DNA from: Caldisericota bacterium
GTDB taxonomy: Bacteria > Caldisericota > Caldisericia > Cryosericales > Cryosericaceae
DNA length: 57,315 nucleotides
Assembly: GCA_030652945.1 (NCBI GenBank)
Contig: JAUSAI010000152.1
Coordinates: 1 to 57,315 of the forward strand
Direction of reading: 5' to 3'
This document shows positions 1 to 10,523 of this stretch, piece by piece (positions within the stretch are counted from its first letter, which is position 1; every line of letters begins with the position of its first letter). The notes under the pieces are model-generated. The model saw only the letters and a program-made list of their open reading frames with translations, had not been told where the DNA came from and did no database searches. A program made the position numbers and the translations under genes.

Positions 1-1
1 C

Positions 2-790
2 CACAGACATGCCACGCAGCAGTGTCTCATGGTCAACTGCTTCACCGACTACGTTCTGCAGCCGCTGTACATGTCCCGGGGCATCAGCTGGCACACGTCC
101 GCCGGGGAACAGGTAACCGTTGCCTTCCACACCTCTCATCCCCGCGTCAGGACGCCCATCCATTCGCTTGGTATTCCCGTCCGACCGGCATTTGAAGTCA
201 TCCACACCAAACAGGAGGCTCGCGCGCTTCTGGGGCTGCCGCAGGATGTCCCCGCCATTCTTGTCATGGGCGGCGGACTGGGACTGGGTCACATTGTCGA
301 GGTGTGCGATGCACTGACTTCCTGTCCTTTGAGAACACCTGCTACCATCGTGGCTCTGTGCGGAACGAACGCCGACGTGCAGGAACAGGTCCATCGTCTC
401 GCCCGGGCCAGAGCCTCCGTATGCGAGGTGCGGGCTGTCGCCTGGACCGATCAGGTGCCCCTCTGGATGCAAGCGGCGGATTTGCTCGTCAGTAAGGCGG
501 GGGGCGTCACCATCGCCGAGGCTGCTTCCGTTGGGCTTCCTCTGCTCATCTACCAACCACTGCCCGGACAGGAAAATGCGAATGCCACGTTCCTCACAGT
601 GCACGATGCTGCCGTGTTGGCGGAAGGACCGGAACAGCTGCTGCAGGCAGTGGACATCCTGCTGTTTTCTCCGCGCGGACCCGAAGTCGCCCGCCACCTG
701 CGTCAACTAGGTCTGCCGCATGCCGCAGAGAACATCGTCCAGCGCATCCTTCAAGATACGCATCCCGTTCCACCAGGAGAGTCCTTGTGA
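2..790 (+). CDS. MGDG synthase/UgtP-like glycosyltransferase (GT28), 5'-truncated by the window edge
   Basis: Frame is open to the window start; motifs TDY, LGIPVRP, ILVMGGGLG, SKAGGVT.AEA, PGQE..NA. Confidence 0.85.
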   Translation, partial: HRHATQQCLMVNCFTDYVLQPLYMSRGISWHTSAGEQVTVAFHTSHPRVRTPIHSLGIPVRPAFEVIHTKQEARALLGLPQDVPAILVMGGGLGLGHIVEVCDALTSCPLRTPATIVALCGTNADVQEQVHRLARARASVCEVRAVAWTDQVPLWMQAADLLVSKAGGVTIAEAASVGLPLLIYQPLPGQENANATFLTVHDAAVLAEGPEQLLQAVDILLFSPRGPEVARHLRQLGLPHAAENIVQRILQDTHPVPPGESL

Positions 791-1323
791 ACAACGAATT
801 GCTGCCCCCATGGGCTCGTTCACTCCCAAAGCACTTTACTGCATCAGGCTTCGTTATCCAGGATGGGCGCATCCTCCTCGTCAACCACCGCAAACACGGC
901 GTCTGGATTTACCCGGGAGGACATGTCGAGCCGGACGAGACAACGGATGAGGCATGTCTGCGGGAGGTGCTGGAAGAGACGGGCATCCACTGCCGCATCG
1001 TCAGCCCACGCGATGAGTCGCTGGGAGAACCAGAGGTCGTGGAAGTGCTGCACATCCCCTGGATGGTATTGTGTGAACGCATTCCCGCTGGCAACGATCA
1101 GCCCGAGCACTGCCACATCGACTATGCCTACGTCTGCGAGCCACTTCCTGGCGAGAGTGGACTGCTCGCCCAGGATACACGGGAGACCAACGGCATCGGC
1201 TGGTTCAGCCTGGCGGAGCTCGTATCGCTGGAGCTGTTCCCCGACTTTCGCCGCCAGACAGCGAAGCTCCTCACCGACTATCCGGTGTGGAATGTCTCGG
1301 CCGGCAACTCCTGCCGGCGCTGA
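787..1323 (+). CDS. NUDIX hydrolase
   Basis: Nudix box PGGHVEPDETTDEACLREVLEETG; GTGA overlap with the upstream gene. Confidence 0.9.
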   Translation: MNNELLPPWARSLPKHFTASGFVIQDGRILLVNHRKHGVWIYPGGHVEPDETTDEACLREVLEETGIHCRIVSPRDESLGEPEVVEVLHIPWMVLCERIPAGNDQPEHCHIDYAYVCEPLPGESGLLAQDTRETNGIGWFSLAELVSLELFPDFRRQTAKLLTDYPVWNVSAGNSCRR

Positions 1324-1329
1324 ACTACA

Positions 1330-1908
1330 CTAGTACCAGCGCACAACGTCGGAAAGCGGACGCCTGGGACGTGCCTCCGGATGCTCAGCCGGATACCCCA
1401 GTGCAACAGCCGCCATCAACTGCCCTGGCTCGCCCAGCCACTCGGCGAGCTGCTCATACGCTGAGAACACGTCGCAGATCCACAAGCTCCCGAGTCCCGC
1501 GTCCTGCGCCGCCAGCAGCATGTTCTGGATGGCTGCTCCAATCGACTGAACGTCCACGGTGCTGAGATACATCTCGTAGGTGGAGTGTGCCGCCCACGGA
1601 TGCATGCCCATCGGATTGAAGACGAAGATGGTGACCGGAGCCTTTCGCATGATGCGCGTCGTCCACAGTGCACTGCCAGTCTCGATATGCTGTTCCCGTG
1701 CTTGCTCGATTCCCGAACGCATGCAGCGTATCATGGCCGCTCTCTTTTCCTCGCCAGCCACCACGACGAAGCGCCACGGCTGACGGTTCTTGCCGGACGG
1801 TGCCTGTATCGCCGCAGTCAGGACACTGTTGACGACTTCCTCGGGGACAGGGCGATCCTCGAACCTGCGGATGCTCCGGCGTGCCGCTATTACCTCACGT
1901 GTCTCCAT
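1330..1908 (-). CDS. nitroreductase family protein
   Basis: RRSIRRF, APSGKNRQPWRF, GLGSLW; start moved to ATG 1908 (METREV) after an AAGGAG RBS. Confidence 0.9.
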   Translation of the reverse strand: METREVIAARRSIRRFEDRPVPEEVVNSVLTAAIQAPSGKNRQPWRFVVVAGEEKRAAMIRCMRSGIEQAREQHIETGSALWTTRIMRKAPVTIFVFNPMGMHPWAAHSTYEMYLSTVDVQSIGAAIQNMLLAAQDAGLGSLWICDVFSAYEQLAEWLGEPGQLMAAVALGYPAEHPEARPRRPLSDVVRWY

Positions 1909-2018
1909 CCCATCTCCTTCCGTACAGACTATACAGCCGCACAGCACAGGGTGTCAGCACCAGGCCTTGTCGTCCTGTCAGTGTACCCAGCCATTCCCGT
2001 TTTGCGAGCGCTGTGAGG

Positions 2019-2046
2019 TTGAGCGCAACTGCGCCCATCCTATACT
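2019..2046 (+). promoter_or_regulatory. sigma70-type promoter, 16-bp spacer, probably leaderless
   Basis: TTGAGC-N16-TATACT, with ATG 6 nt downstream and no SD. Confidence 0.6.
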
Positions 2047-2052
2047 GCTGCC

Positions 2053-2832
2053 ATGAAGATACGGGTGGCGAGCTGGAACGTGCGTGGACTGCCCTGTCCG
2101 CAGCGGCAGATATGGCTCCTTGCGGATTGTCATCTCGACATCCTGCTGCTGCAGGACGTGTCGCAGCGCGCGACTGATGCCATCAGTAGCAGTGGCCACT
2201 GGAAGAGCGTTGCCACTTCGCTGAACTCCGGTCCGCACCCGCAGGCGGGATGTCTTGTCGCAGCGCGTGCTGATTGGCAGTTCACCGATTCAACTGGTAT
2301 CCCCGGAGATGCCAGCTCGTCACGGGCGCTGGCCGTCTCGGCTGTCAACCATGGTGTCGCCGTGACCCTTGTCTCCTGCTATGCCCCGACCAATGTCGGT
2401 CAGGGAAGGAAGGAGCGGCCCGGCTTCTTCAACGCCTTGGCGGACTGGTTGTCCGCGCTTTCTGCTCCGTTCATGCTCGGTATCGACGCGAACGGACCAC
2501 GCACCGATCATCCCGACATCACCCGTAACGAATGGTGGGTACCCGAGGAGTCTTCGGTGCTGGGGGTGGAAACTCCAACAGAAGATGCGCTCCGTCGTTG
2601 GTATGACGATCATCCTGACGCTCTGCGGCGCCGTGTGCAGTACTATCCCCGCGGTCCCCTGGCTGATTCCTATCATCGCGGCCGCAAGGGCAGGTTCGTC
2701 CGCAGTCGCTACGACAGCATCCGCATCTCGCCTGGCATCATCGTCGAGGAGGTGAACTACCTGTACGACGAAGCCTTGGTTGCCGGCAGTGACCACGCGC
2801 TCGTGGTCGCGGTCCTGGCTGTCACCGACTGA
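2053..2832 (+). CDS. endonuclease/exonuclease/phosphatase (EEP) family protein
   Basis: SWNVRG, DILLLQD, GIDAN, RYD and C-terminal SDH motifs. Confidence 0.8.
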   Translation: MKIRVASWNVRGLPCPQRQIWLLADCHLDILLLQDVSQRATDAISSSGHWKSVATSLNSGPHPQAGCLVAARADWQFTDSTGIPGDASSSRALAVSAVNHGVAVTLVSCYAPTNVGQGRKERPGFFNALADWLSALSAPFMLGIDANGPRTDHPDITRNEWWVPEESSVLGVETPTEDALRRWYDDHPDALRRRVQYYPRGPLADSYHRGRKGRFVRSRYDSIRISPGIIVEEVNYLYDEALVAGSDHALVVAVLAVTD

Positions 2833-2840
2833 CTCGCCAC

Positions 2841-2871
2841 AGACAAACCCGCCGGCTGGGGTGTCGGCGGG
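2841..2871 (-). terminator. intrinsic terminator downstream of ssrA (between convergent genes)
   Basis: Minus strand reads CCCGCCGAC-6nt-GCCGGCGGG followed by TTTGTCT. Confidence 0.6.
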
Positions 2872-2887
2872 CGGTTGTGGTCATGTA

Positions 2888-3240
2888 TGGTGGAGGTGGC
2901 GAGAGTTGAACTCGCGTCCAAATACGCCAAAAGCAGTGTTACTACAGGTTTAGTCGTCTATTGGGTTTAGCCCGCGGCCGGGAGGCGACGCCCAGCGTTG
3001 CGCGATTCCCCGTTTGCTACTCTCAAGCAAGGAACGGGGACGACCCTCGCCATCGAGACCCCTATGCACACGCCCGGACGAGCCCAGGGATGGACGACTC
3101 GCCAAGACGCTAGCCGCGCTTAGGCAGCTAGAGCGTAATTTGTGTTGGCTTGTTTTTTTTGGCAGATGATTTGAGAGGCCAACTGCCGTCCTCTACCTGC
3201 AACACTACCCCTCACGTATCTGTCGAACCCCAGCACCCCC
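2888..3240 (-). ncRNA. ssrA: tmRNA, tag peptide ANTNYALAA
   Basis: 5' GGGGGTG pairs with 3' CACCTCC-ACCA (G3.U wobble); T-arm GCGAGTTCAACTCTCGC; PK1 AGAGG/CCTCT plus GGCAG/CTGCC; tag ORF 3149-3120. Confidence 0.97.
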
Positions 3241-3274
3241 ATGCGAACGGAATCCTGCACCCATAGTATAACGC

Positions 3275-3309
3275 AAAAGCACCCGCAAGAGGTGAACCCG
3301 CGGGTGCTT
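3275..3309 (-). terminator. intrinsic terminator after infB
   Basis: AAGCACCCGC...GCGGGTGCTTTT on minus; ssrA -10 TATACT (3270-3265) follows directly. Confidence 0.7.
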
Positions 3310-3347
3310 GATCATGCATCGGGAAGCCTGATGTTCCGGCCCCACTG

Positions 3348-5357
3348 CTACTGTTGCTGCTTTCTCTCCTCCATTGTCAGCGTCTCAATGATGTCGTCGA
3401 CCTTGAAGTCATTGAAATTCTGCAGTCCCATGCCACACTCGTAGCCTTTGAGGACCTCTTTCGCGTCCTCCTTGAACCGCTTGAGCGACGCGATGCTGGA
3501 GTTCGCATAAACGACAACCGAGTTGCGGACGACGCGAGCCTTCGCCCCACGGATGATCTTCCCATCCTCCACGAGACATCCGGCTATGGCGCCGACCCCA
3601 GTGATCTTGAAGACGTCCTTGATGCGGGCGCGTCCCTGTACTACCTCCTCAAACACGGGCTTCGTAAGTCCGGTAATCATCGCCTGGATGGAGTCTTCCA
3701 GTTCGAAGATGAGGTCGTAGGTGCGAATCTGTACTTTCTCAGTTGCAGCCACCCTGAGCGCTTCCGCCTGCGGCACGACGTTGAACCCTACGATGACCGC
3801 ATTGCTGGCGGAGGCAAGCAGAACATCCGACTTGGTGATACCACCTGTGCCCTCATGCAGGATCTCCATGGGCACAGTCCGGATCTTGACCTTCTTGAGC
3901 TCAAACTTGACAGCGTCGAGCGTAGAGAGGGCGTCGGCCTTGAGAATGAGTGTCAGCTTCTTCTTCTCGGCCGCTGCTTCTTCCAGGAACAGGTCATCCA
4001 GCGACAGCGGCTTCTTCTGTTCGCTCGCAAGGTAATCAAGACGTTCCTTCTGGCGCTTCTGGCCGATCTCGACGCGGCACGCCTCTACATCTTCGATGGT
4101 GAGGAAGATCTCTCCCGCCTCAGGAAGGTCGGAAAGTCCCATGACCTCCACGGCGATGAGAGCCCTTGCCTCCCGTACATTTGTGCCAGCAGCATCGCTC
4201 ATCCGCTTGACCTTGCCTGCACAGTCGCCGACGCGAATGTCGTCACCCACCTTCAGTGTTCCGGTCTGAACAAGAAGACGCGCCAAGACACCGATGTTCT
4301 TGTCGACGCGCGCTTCGATGACAGAACCCGATACGTCAGCTGTCATACGCGTTCTGTAAGCCGCCATCTCGGCTTGCAGGAGAATCATGTCAAGCAGCTC
4401 CTCAACTCCCTTTCCTGTCTTGGCGGACACCGGCATGAAGACTGTGTCTCCGCCCCAGTCATCGGGCTGCAGGCCGCGGTCGGCCAGTTGCTGTTTGACG
4501 CGCTCGGGGTTGGCCTCGGGCTTGTCTATCTTGTTCATGGCGACGATGATGGGGACTTTGGCTGCCCGGGCATGGTCAAGGGCTTCCAGCGTCTGCTCCT
4601 TGACTCCCTCTTCGGCTGCAACGACCAGGATGACGACGTCGGTGACCTGTGATCCCCTGAGCCGCATAGACGTGAAGGCTTCATGTCCCGGCGTATCGAT
4701 GAAGATGATCCTCTTCCCGTGCGCCTCGACTTCGTATGCACCGATCTTCTGAGTAATGCCACCCTTTTCGCGTGCAGCGACATTGGTTCTGCGGATGTAG
4801 TCAAGCAGCGTCGTCTTGCCGTGGTCAACGTGTCCCATGACGGTTACGACCGGTGGGCGCGGTGTGAGCGACTTCATGAAAGCTGCCGACGGTTCCACGT
4901 AGCTGGCGCCAAGTATGCGCGCGAGGTAGTTCGCCTCATCTGGCGTCAACAGACCACACTCCCTGACCGGTACACCACTCTTGAGCATCAGGGTATAGAG
5001 GTCGTGGGGTTTGACGTCGAACGTGTGCGCAAATTGGGCATATGCCACCGAATCTGAAAACGCTTTTGGTTTCTCTACGACGATGGCCGGCTCCGGCTGA
5101 ACGGCTGTTTCCTTCTTTGCAGGTTTGGCCTTCTCGGCCTCGGGGATCTTTGCGGGCTTGTGTCCAGGCTTTTCGGCCTTGGGCTTCTGGGCTGAGTTCT
5201 CCTTGTCGACCAGTTCCCTTACGAGGGTGGCAGTCTCGTCATCAATAGTACCCACAGCCCCCTTGGCGGGAACGCCCAATTGGCTCAGGACCTCCAGCAT
5301 ACGGACGGTACTGAGCTTGAGCTCTTTCGCGAGTTCATAGATTCGTACTTTCTTCAT
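3348..5357 (-). CDS. infB: translation initiation factor IF-2
   Basis: [14 protein letters not shown]-terminus; [25 protein letters not shown]. Confidence 0.98.
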   Translation of the reverse strand: MKKVRIYELAKELKLSTVRMLEVLSQLGVPAKGAVGTIDDETATLVRELVDKENSAQKPKAEKPGHKPAKIPEAEKAKPAKKETAVQPEPAIVVEKPKAFSDSVAYAQFAHTFDVKPHDLYTLMLKSGVPVRECGLLTPDEANYLARILGASYVEPSAAFMKSLTPRPPVVTVMGHVDHGKTTLLDYIRRTNVAAREKGGITQKIGAYEVEAHGKRIIFIDTPGHEAFTSMRLRGSQVTDVVILVVAAEEGVKEQTLEALDHARAAKVPIIVAMNKIDKPEANPERVKQQLADRGLQPDDWGGDTVFMPVSAKTGKGVEELLDMILLQAEMAAYRTRMTADVSGSVIEARVDKNIGVLARLLVQTGTLKVGDDIRVGDCAGKVKRMSDAAGTNVREARALIAVEVMGLSDLPEAGEIFLTIEDVEACRVEIGQKRQKERLDYLASEQKKPLSLDDLFLEEAAAEKKKLTLILKADALSTLDAVKFELKKVKIRTVPMEILHEGTGGITKSDVLLASASNAVIVGFNVVPQAEALRVAATEKVQIRTYDLIFELEDSIQAMITGLTKPVFEEVVQGRARIKDVFKITGVGAIAGCLVEDGKIIRGAKARVVRNSVVVYANSSIASLKRFKEDAKEVLKGYECGMGLQNFNDFKVDDIIETLTMEERKQQQ

Positions 5358-6423
5358 GTGTCTCACCTGCCTCATGGGTCAGGGCCGCCTGCTGCTGCCC
5401 GCCTTCATCAACCTGTACAAGTTCTACGCTGGCGTCCACAAGGCGTTCGACAAGCCGAACGTTGACGCCGCTCTTGCCAAGAGCCACGGGGAATGCCTCG
5501 GCAGTCGCCCGTACGACGAAACTCCCGTCTGCCCGCCGTTCTGCATCGACGACCTTGGCGGGGCTGAACGCGTTGACAACATACTTCACGGGATTCTGGT
5601 CAAACCGGACGACGTCAATGTGCTCAAACGCGATTTCACGCGAGACCGCGCGAATACGCGCACCCATAGGGCCGATGACAGCGCCTACCGGATCGATCTT
5701 TGGGTCGCGGCTGAACACGGCGACTTTGGCACGCGAACCTGGTTCGCGTACGATTCGCTTGACTTCGACCAACCCGGACCCGACCTCCGGCACCTCCAGC
5801 TCCACAAGACGCTGTATGAAATCCGGATGCGCACGGCTCAGCAGTACACGCGGTCCTTGCGGCGATTTGTCTACCGACAGGATGAGCGCTTTCGCGACGC
5901 CCTGGAAGCGCAAGCGTTCGCCAGGAATCTGCTGGTCGCGGGTCAGAATCCCTTCACACCGTGCAAGGTTGATGAGCAGCCCCTCCTTGTTCTGGCGAAG
6001 CACTTCGCCGTTGACGAGAGTGCCCACCTGTGAGTGGAACCGTTCATAAACCAAGTCGTTCTCACGCTCCCGAATCTTGTCATCGATGAACTTCCTCGCC
6101 TTGACGACGACGGCGAGCGGGAGCTGTTCGATCTTCACCTGCACCAGCACCTCGTCGCCGACCTTTGCCGCCGGCTCCACTTTGCGGGCGTCTTTCAGTA
6201 TGATCTCACTGTCGCTGTCCGTCACCTTCGCGACAACCATCTTGCGCGAATAGAGACGCACCAGGCCGGTCCCGGTGTCCGCCTTGACCATGAAGTTGTC
6301 CTTCTGGAACTGTTGCTGGTATGCCTGTTCGAAGGCTTCCTTGATAGCCGTTACGATGTAGTCTCTGGAGATGCCGCGCTCCTTTTCCAGCTCGTAGATG
6401 GCGCTTTGAATTTCATCCCTCAC
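5335..6423 (-). CDS. nusA: transcription factor NusA
   Basis: NusA-N, S1 and KH domains (LSRAHPDF, EVPE, REPGSRAKVAV); GTG start after GGAGG. Confidence 0.96.
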   Translation of the reverse strand: MRDEIQSAIYELEKERGISRDYIVTAIKEAFEQAYQQQFQKDNFMVKADTGTGLVRLYSRKMVVAKVTDSDSEIILKDARKVEPAAKVGDEVLVQVKIEQLPLAVVVKARKFIDDKIRERENDLVYERFHSQVGTLVNGEVLRQNKEGLLINLARCEGILTRDQQIPGERLRFQGVAKALILSVDKSPQGPRVLLSRAHPDFIQRLVELEVPEVGSGLVEVKRIVREPGSRAKVAVFSRDPKIDPVGAVIGPMGARIRAVSREIAFEHIDVVRFDQNPVKYVVNAFSPAKVVDAERRADGSFVVRATAEAFPVALGKSGVNVRLVERLVDASVELVQVDEGGQQQAALTHEAGETHEESTNL

Positions 6424-6862
6424 ACACACCTCCCAGTATCTCGTCCCACAACGAGATCTTCGTCACCTGTCGCTCGTCCAGCGCTCGGTCGGCACTTCCA
6501 ACCAAAAGGTGGAGGGTTGTCCCATCCAGCGCTCCCAGGATCCCGACGATGGGATCCGTGGTTTCCCCGGTCGTTACACGCACAAGACGGCCGGCAAATA
6601 TCGTCAGTTCTCGCTCAGTCTTCAACACGCGGTCCAACCCTGGGCTGGTGACTTCGAACGCCGGCACATCATCACTGCTGTAGCGTGAGGCAAACGCACG
6701 GCTGATCCCGCGACTGGTTGCCTCCAGTTCATCCACCGTGATGTCATGGTCCGGAACCATCAGGACCACGCTGACCATGCCATCAGCCTGCTCGATAGCG
6801 ACCAGCGTTGCGCCGCCCTTGCCGACCTCTTCCTGCACGATGTCTGTGAATCTCTTGTCCAT
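6413..6862 (-). CDS. rimP: ribosome maturation factor RimP
   Basis: EVTSPGLDRVL motif; upstream of nusA; ATG 6862 after GGAG. Confidence 0.92.
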   Translation of the reverse strand: MDKRFTDIVQEEVGKGGATLVAIEQADGMVSVVLMVPDHDITVDELEATSRGISRAFASRYSSDDVPAFEVTSPGLDRVLKTERELTIFAGRLVRVTTGETTDPIVGILGALDGTTLHLLVGSADRALDERQVTKISLWDEILGGVCEG

Positions 6863-6885
6863 GTCGCGCTCTCCGTTGCAGTAAC

Positions 6886-6917
6886 AAAAAAAGCGGACCG
6901 CTTGCGCGCCCACTTTT
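6886..6917 (-). promoter_or_regulatory. rimP-leader attenuator hairpin
   Basis: AAAAGTGGGC-N9-GTCCGCTTTTTTT directly upstream of rimP; matches the GGGC-stem rimP leader type. Confidence 0.75.
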
Positions 6918-7006
6918 CAGGTTCCTCAATATGAAACGCCCGGAAGCACTGCTCCCGGACGTCATGCCGCTCAGTTCACTGTCGCGTTCACGACATTACG
7001 AATCCT

Positions 7007-7034
7007 ATTATACGGGAAAAACCACGCATGACAA
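7007..7034 (-). promoter_or_regulatory. sigma70 promoter of the rimP-nusA-infB operon
   Basis: TTGTCA-N16-TATAAT. Confidence 0.75.
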
Positions 7035-7066
7035 CCTCGATTGCGTTTACAATCCCTGGCCGCTAC

Positions 7067-10000
7067 CTATGAGTAGTCAATGGCTTCTTTGCCGAGCAGT
7101 TTCGTCAATTCGCCGAGTAGCATCGTCGACATCGCCACCCAGTGCTTGTTGCTGATCTCCAGGCAATGGTTCCCGTCACCGTTGCTGTAGATGATGCGCC
7201 AGGGGTCGCGGCCCGCGTGGTGGTGGGCCACGTTCAGAATGCCGGCCAGCATCTCGCCCGCTACCTGTTCGTGGGTGAGGTGCAGTTTGAGGACGGGTTT
7301 CCGCGGGGATGCCTGGGGCGTCCCGCGCACCTGCTCGGGCGTGACGAAATCGATGAACTTCGTGGCATTCAGCGACAGCGCGTCCCCATCCAATCGGACG
7401 CGGGCTTCGAGGACAAGTGCTCCCTCTCGTTCGAAATGAGGCTGGAACTGCGACAGGACATAGTCGAAGATCATCAGCTCCAGCTTGCGGCTGTCGTCTT
7501 CGAACGAGCACTTGCCGTATGCCCTGCCCGCCTTTGACTTGGCAACTTTGGCTGCAGTGAGCAAACCCATGACGACAACAGAGTCCCCGTCCTCCTGGTC
7601 AGTAAGATCGGAGACGCGTTTCGCCCTGTACTTCCCCAGCAACTGTTCGTATTGCTGAAAGGGACTGCAGAAGCAGAAGAAGCCGAATGCTTCCTTCTCC
7701 ATGGCGGCGGCCCCCGCCGCGTCGCATCCGCTTCCACTCGCAGGGACCGAGGAAACGGCATTGCCAAAGAGGTCCGTTCCCGTCTCGGCGACCTGTACTT
7801 TGGATGTCTCGCTGCCGAATCTTGCCAGCACCTGCACACGATTCTCGCCAAGACTGTCGAAGGCTCCCGCTTTGATAAGGCACTCGATAGACTTGCGGTT
7901 CGCCTTGCTGCCGCCGACGCGCCTCTGAAAGTCCTGAAACGTCGAGAATGCACGACTTGCACGCTCGTCCATGATATCGTCGATAGCCTTGGATCCGAGG
8001 TTCTTGATGGCAAGGAGCCCGAACCGAATTCCCTGAATGCCACCTGGCGTATCCTCCACGGCGAACAGCTTCTCTGATCTGTTGATGTCGGGCGGAAGGA
8101 GGGGAATGTTCTTGTGCCTGCACTCGGCGACCAGCTCCTTGAGCCGGTCTTCCGAGTCGATTCCTGAGTTCATGAGCGCCGTCAGATACTGGATGAGGTA
8201 GTGCACCTTGAGCCAGGCGGTGCGGTAGACCATGATGGCATAGGCGACCCCGTGGGATTTGTTGAACCCGTAGCCTGCGAAGAAGTCGATGAGCGCGAAC
8301 ACGTCTTCTGCGGTCTTCCTGGGAACCCCTCTCTCCACAGACTTCTCGACGAATGCTGCGCGCTGCTTAGCCAGCATAGCCGCCTTCTTCTTGGACACGC
8401 CCTTCCGAAGGATGTCCGCCTCCTGCATGGTGAACCCCGCCATGCGGTTGGCTATCTGCATTATCTGCTCTTGGTACACGATGATGCCATACGTCGGCTT
8501 CAGAATGCCCTCGATGCTCGGATGGAAGTAGTCTACCCTCTCACGTCCATCCTTGCGGTCGATGTACTTCTGAATGCCGCCGGCCTTGATGGCACCAGGC
8601 CTGTACAGCGAAATGATTGCGGTCAGATCCTCGATGGACGTTGGCCGTACGCCCGCGGCGACACCCTTCATTCCTCCTGATTCCATCTGGAAGACACCAA
8701 TCGTGTCCCCCGTGCTGATGAGTCTGTAGACTGATGGATCCTCGATGTCGATGCGGGAAATGTCGACCTCTACACCTAGTTGCTGCTTGACCATCTTGAT
8801 CGTGTTCTGAATGACACCAAGGTAGGAAAGGCCGAGAAAGTCCATCTTCAGGAGGCCAAACTCCTCTACGAAGTTCTTGTCCCACTGCGTGATGATGTTT
8901 CCGTCCTTGTCCCGCTGCAACGGCAGATAGTCAGTGAGCTCAGTGTCGGCGATGACCACGCCGGCCGCGTGCGTACTGAAGTTGCGGTTGACGCTCTCCA
9001 GTTTCATGGCGGTGTCGAACAGCTCCCTGACCGTCACGCCGCTAAGCTTCGAACCATCCTCGTACATGGTCCTAAGCTTCTCGACGGTCTCGAGTGACTG
9101 TTTCAGGTCGGTTCCGAACGGGATGAGCTTGGAGATCAGATCGGTCTCCTTTGGCAGCATCCCCAGCGCCCGGCCGACATCGCGAACCGCCTGCTTGGCT
9201 TCCATCTTGCCGAACGTCGCCACCTGCGCGACCGACGATTCGCCATATCGCTCTCGGACGTACTGAATGACCTCACCACGCCGTGCGTCCTCAAAGTCCA
9301 TATCGATATCCGGCATCGAAATACGGGAGGCATTCAGAAAGCGCTCGAACAGAAGGTTGTACTTCAGCGGGTCTACTTCAGTGATGCCTGTTGCATACGC
9401 CACGATGGAACCGGGTGCGGAACCTCTCCCCGGTCCGACAGCTATTCCCTTCTGATGCGCAAAACGAGTGAAGTCCTGAACGATGAGGAAGTAGTCAACA
9501 AAGCCACACCCCTCGATGGTGTCGAGCTCCATGTGCGCGCGTTTCATGGCTTCGTCCAGCTGTTCTGGTGGATACATGCGCCGAACGCCTTCCATTGTCA
9601 AGCTTTCCAGCAGATTGCGGTTGAGCTCCGCGTCCCACGGCGTCATCTGCCCAACCTTGACATATCGGGGCAGGTGATAGGTGTTGAGCGGCATTTCCAC
9701 ATTGCACATATCGGCGACCAGCTGAGTGTTCTGAATGGCGTCGTTGTCCTCGGGAAGCCGGCCGCGCATCTCGTCCTCGCTCATGACATGGTAATAGGGG
9801 CCATTGAAACTCATCCGATCGGCGTCGCTCATCTTCTGGAGCGTCTGAACACAGAGGAGCACTTCATGTGCACCGTAGTCTTCCTTGTGCAGATAGTGGC
9901 TGTCGCACGTCGCGACAACTTCGGCTCCGATGCGCCGGGCGACGGTCCGCAAGATGGGCAAGGCTCTCTTCTCCGCGTCGATTTCGTGGTTCTGCAACTC

Positions 10001-10513
10001 GATGAAGTAGTTTTCGCGCCCAAAGATGTCCTGATAGCGTCCCGCTATGACACCAGCCCTGTTCTCATCGCCTGCTGCGGCTGCCTGCGCCACTTCCCCC
10101 TTGAGACAGGCAGACAGAGCAATGACTCCCTCGTGGTACCGCTGAAGTGTTTCGTAGTCGACCCGCGGTTTGTAGTAGAACCCTTCGAGATATCCAACCG
10201 ATACGATGTGACTGAGGTTCTGGTAGCCCTTGTAGTCTTTGGCCAGAAGGACGAGGTGGTTCGGAAACCCGGCATCCTTATCCTTCTCCGTCCGGCCATT
10301 CGGCGCAACATAGACTTCGCTGCCAATGATGGGCTTGATGCCCGCCGCCTTCATCTTCAGGTAGAAGTCGAGGACACCGTACATGTTCCCGTGGTCGGTG
10401 ATCGCGCAGGCCGTCTGCCCCATCTCTGCAACATGCGCCGCGAGCGGTTCGATCTTGTTCATGCCGTCCAGCAGCGAATATTCGGTGTGGAGATGCAGGT
10501 GGACGAAACTCAC
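7067..10513 (-). CDS. dnaE: DNA polymerase III alpha subunit
   Basis: FVHLHLHTEYSLLDG PHP domain, GPGRGSA, MPDIDMDF, GFNKSH, OB fold; GTG start 10513. Confidence 0.98.
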   Translation of the reverse strand: MSFVHLHLHTEYSLLDGMNKIEPLAAHVAEMGQTACAITDHGNMYGVLDFYLKMKAAGIKPIIGSEVYVAPNGRTEKDKDAGFPNHLVLLAKDYKGYQNLSHIVSVGYLEGFYYKPRVDYETLQRYHEGVIALSACLKGEVAQAAAAGDENRAGVIAGRYQDIFGRENYFIELQNHEIDAEKRALPILRTVARRIGAEVVATCDSHYLHKEDYGAHEVLLCVQTLQKMSDADRMSFNGPYYHVMSEDEMRGRLPEDNDAIQNTQLVADMCNVEMPLNTYHLPRYVKVGQMTPWDAELNRNLLESLTMEGVRRMYPPEQLDEAMKRAHMELDTIEGCGFVDYFLIVQDFTRFAHQKGIAVGPGRGSAPGSIVAYATGITEVDPLKYNLLFERFLNASRISMPDIDMDFEDARRGEVIQYVRERYGESSVAQVATFGKMEAKQAVRDVGRALGMLPKETDLISKLIPFGTDLKQSLETVEKLRTMYEDGSKLSGVTVRELFDTAMKLESVNRNFSTHAAGVVIADTELTDYLPLQRDKDGNIITQWDKNFVEEFGLLKMDFLGLSYLGVIQNTIKMVKQQLGVEVDISRIDIEDPSVYRLISTGDTIGVFQMESGGMKGVAAGVRPTSIEDLTAIISLYRPGAIKAGGIQKYIDRKDGRERVDYFHPSIEGILKPTYGIIVYQEQIMQIANRMAGFTMQEADILRKGVSKKKAAMLAKQRAAFVEKSVERGVPRKTAEDVFALIDFFAGYGFNKSHGVAYAIMVYRTAWLKVHYLIQYLTALMNSGIDSEDRLKELVAECRHKNIPLLPPDINRSEKLFAVEDTPGGIQGIRFGLLAIKNLGSKAIDDIMDERASRAFSTFQDFQRRVGGSKANRKSIECLIKAGAFDSLGENRVQVLARFGSETSKVQVAETGTDLFGNAVSSVPASGSGCDAAGAAAMEKEAFGFFCFCSPFQQYEQLLGKYRAKRVSDLTDQEDGDSVVVMGLLTAAKVAKSKAGRAYGKCSFEDDSRKLELMIFDYVLSQFQPHFEREGALVLEARVRLDGDALSLNATKFIDFVTPEQVRGTPQASPRKPVLKLHLTHEQVAGEMLAGILNVAHHHAGRDPWRIIYSNGDGNHCLEISNKHWVAMSTMLLGELTKLLGKEAIDYS

Positions 10514-10523
10514 GGCGTCACCT

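Noticed and set aside
1-2888. Integrated island at the ssrA 3' end
   Set aside because: No integrase and no duplicated ssrA 3' fragment seen within the window
3150-3163. Longer tmRNA tag starting at GCC 3163 (AKK...)
   Set aside because: Out of frame with the ALAA end, and that GCC is part of PK1 stem 2
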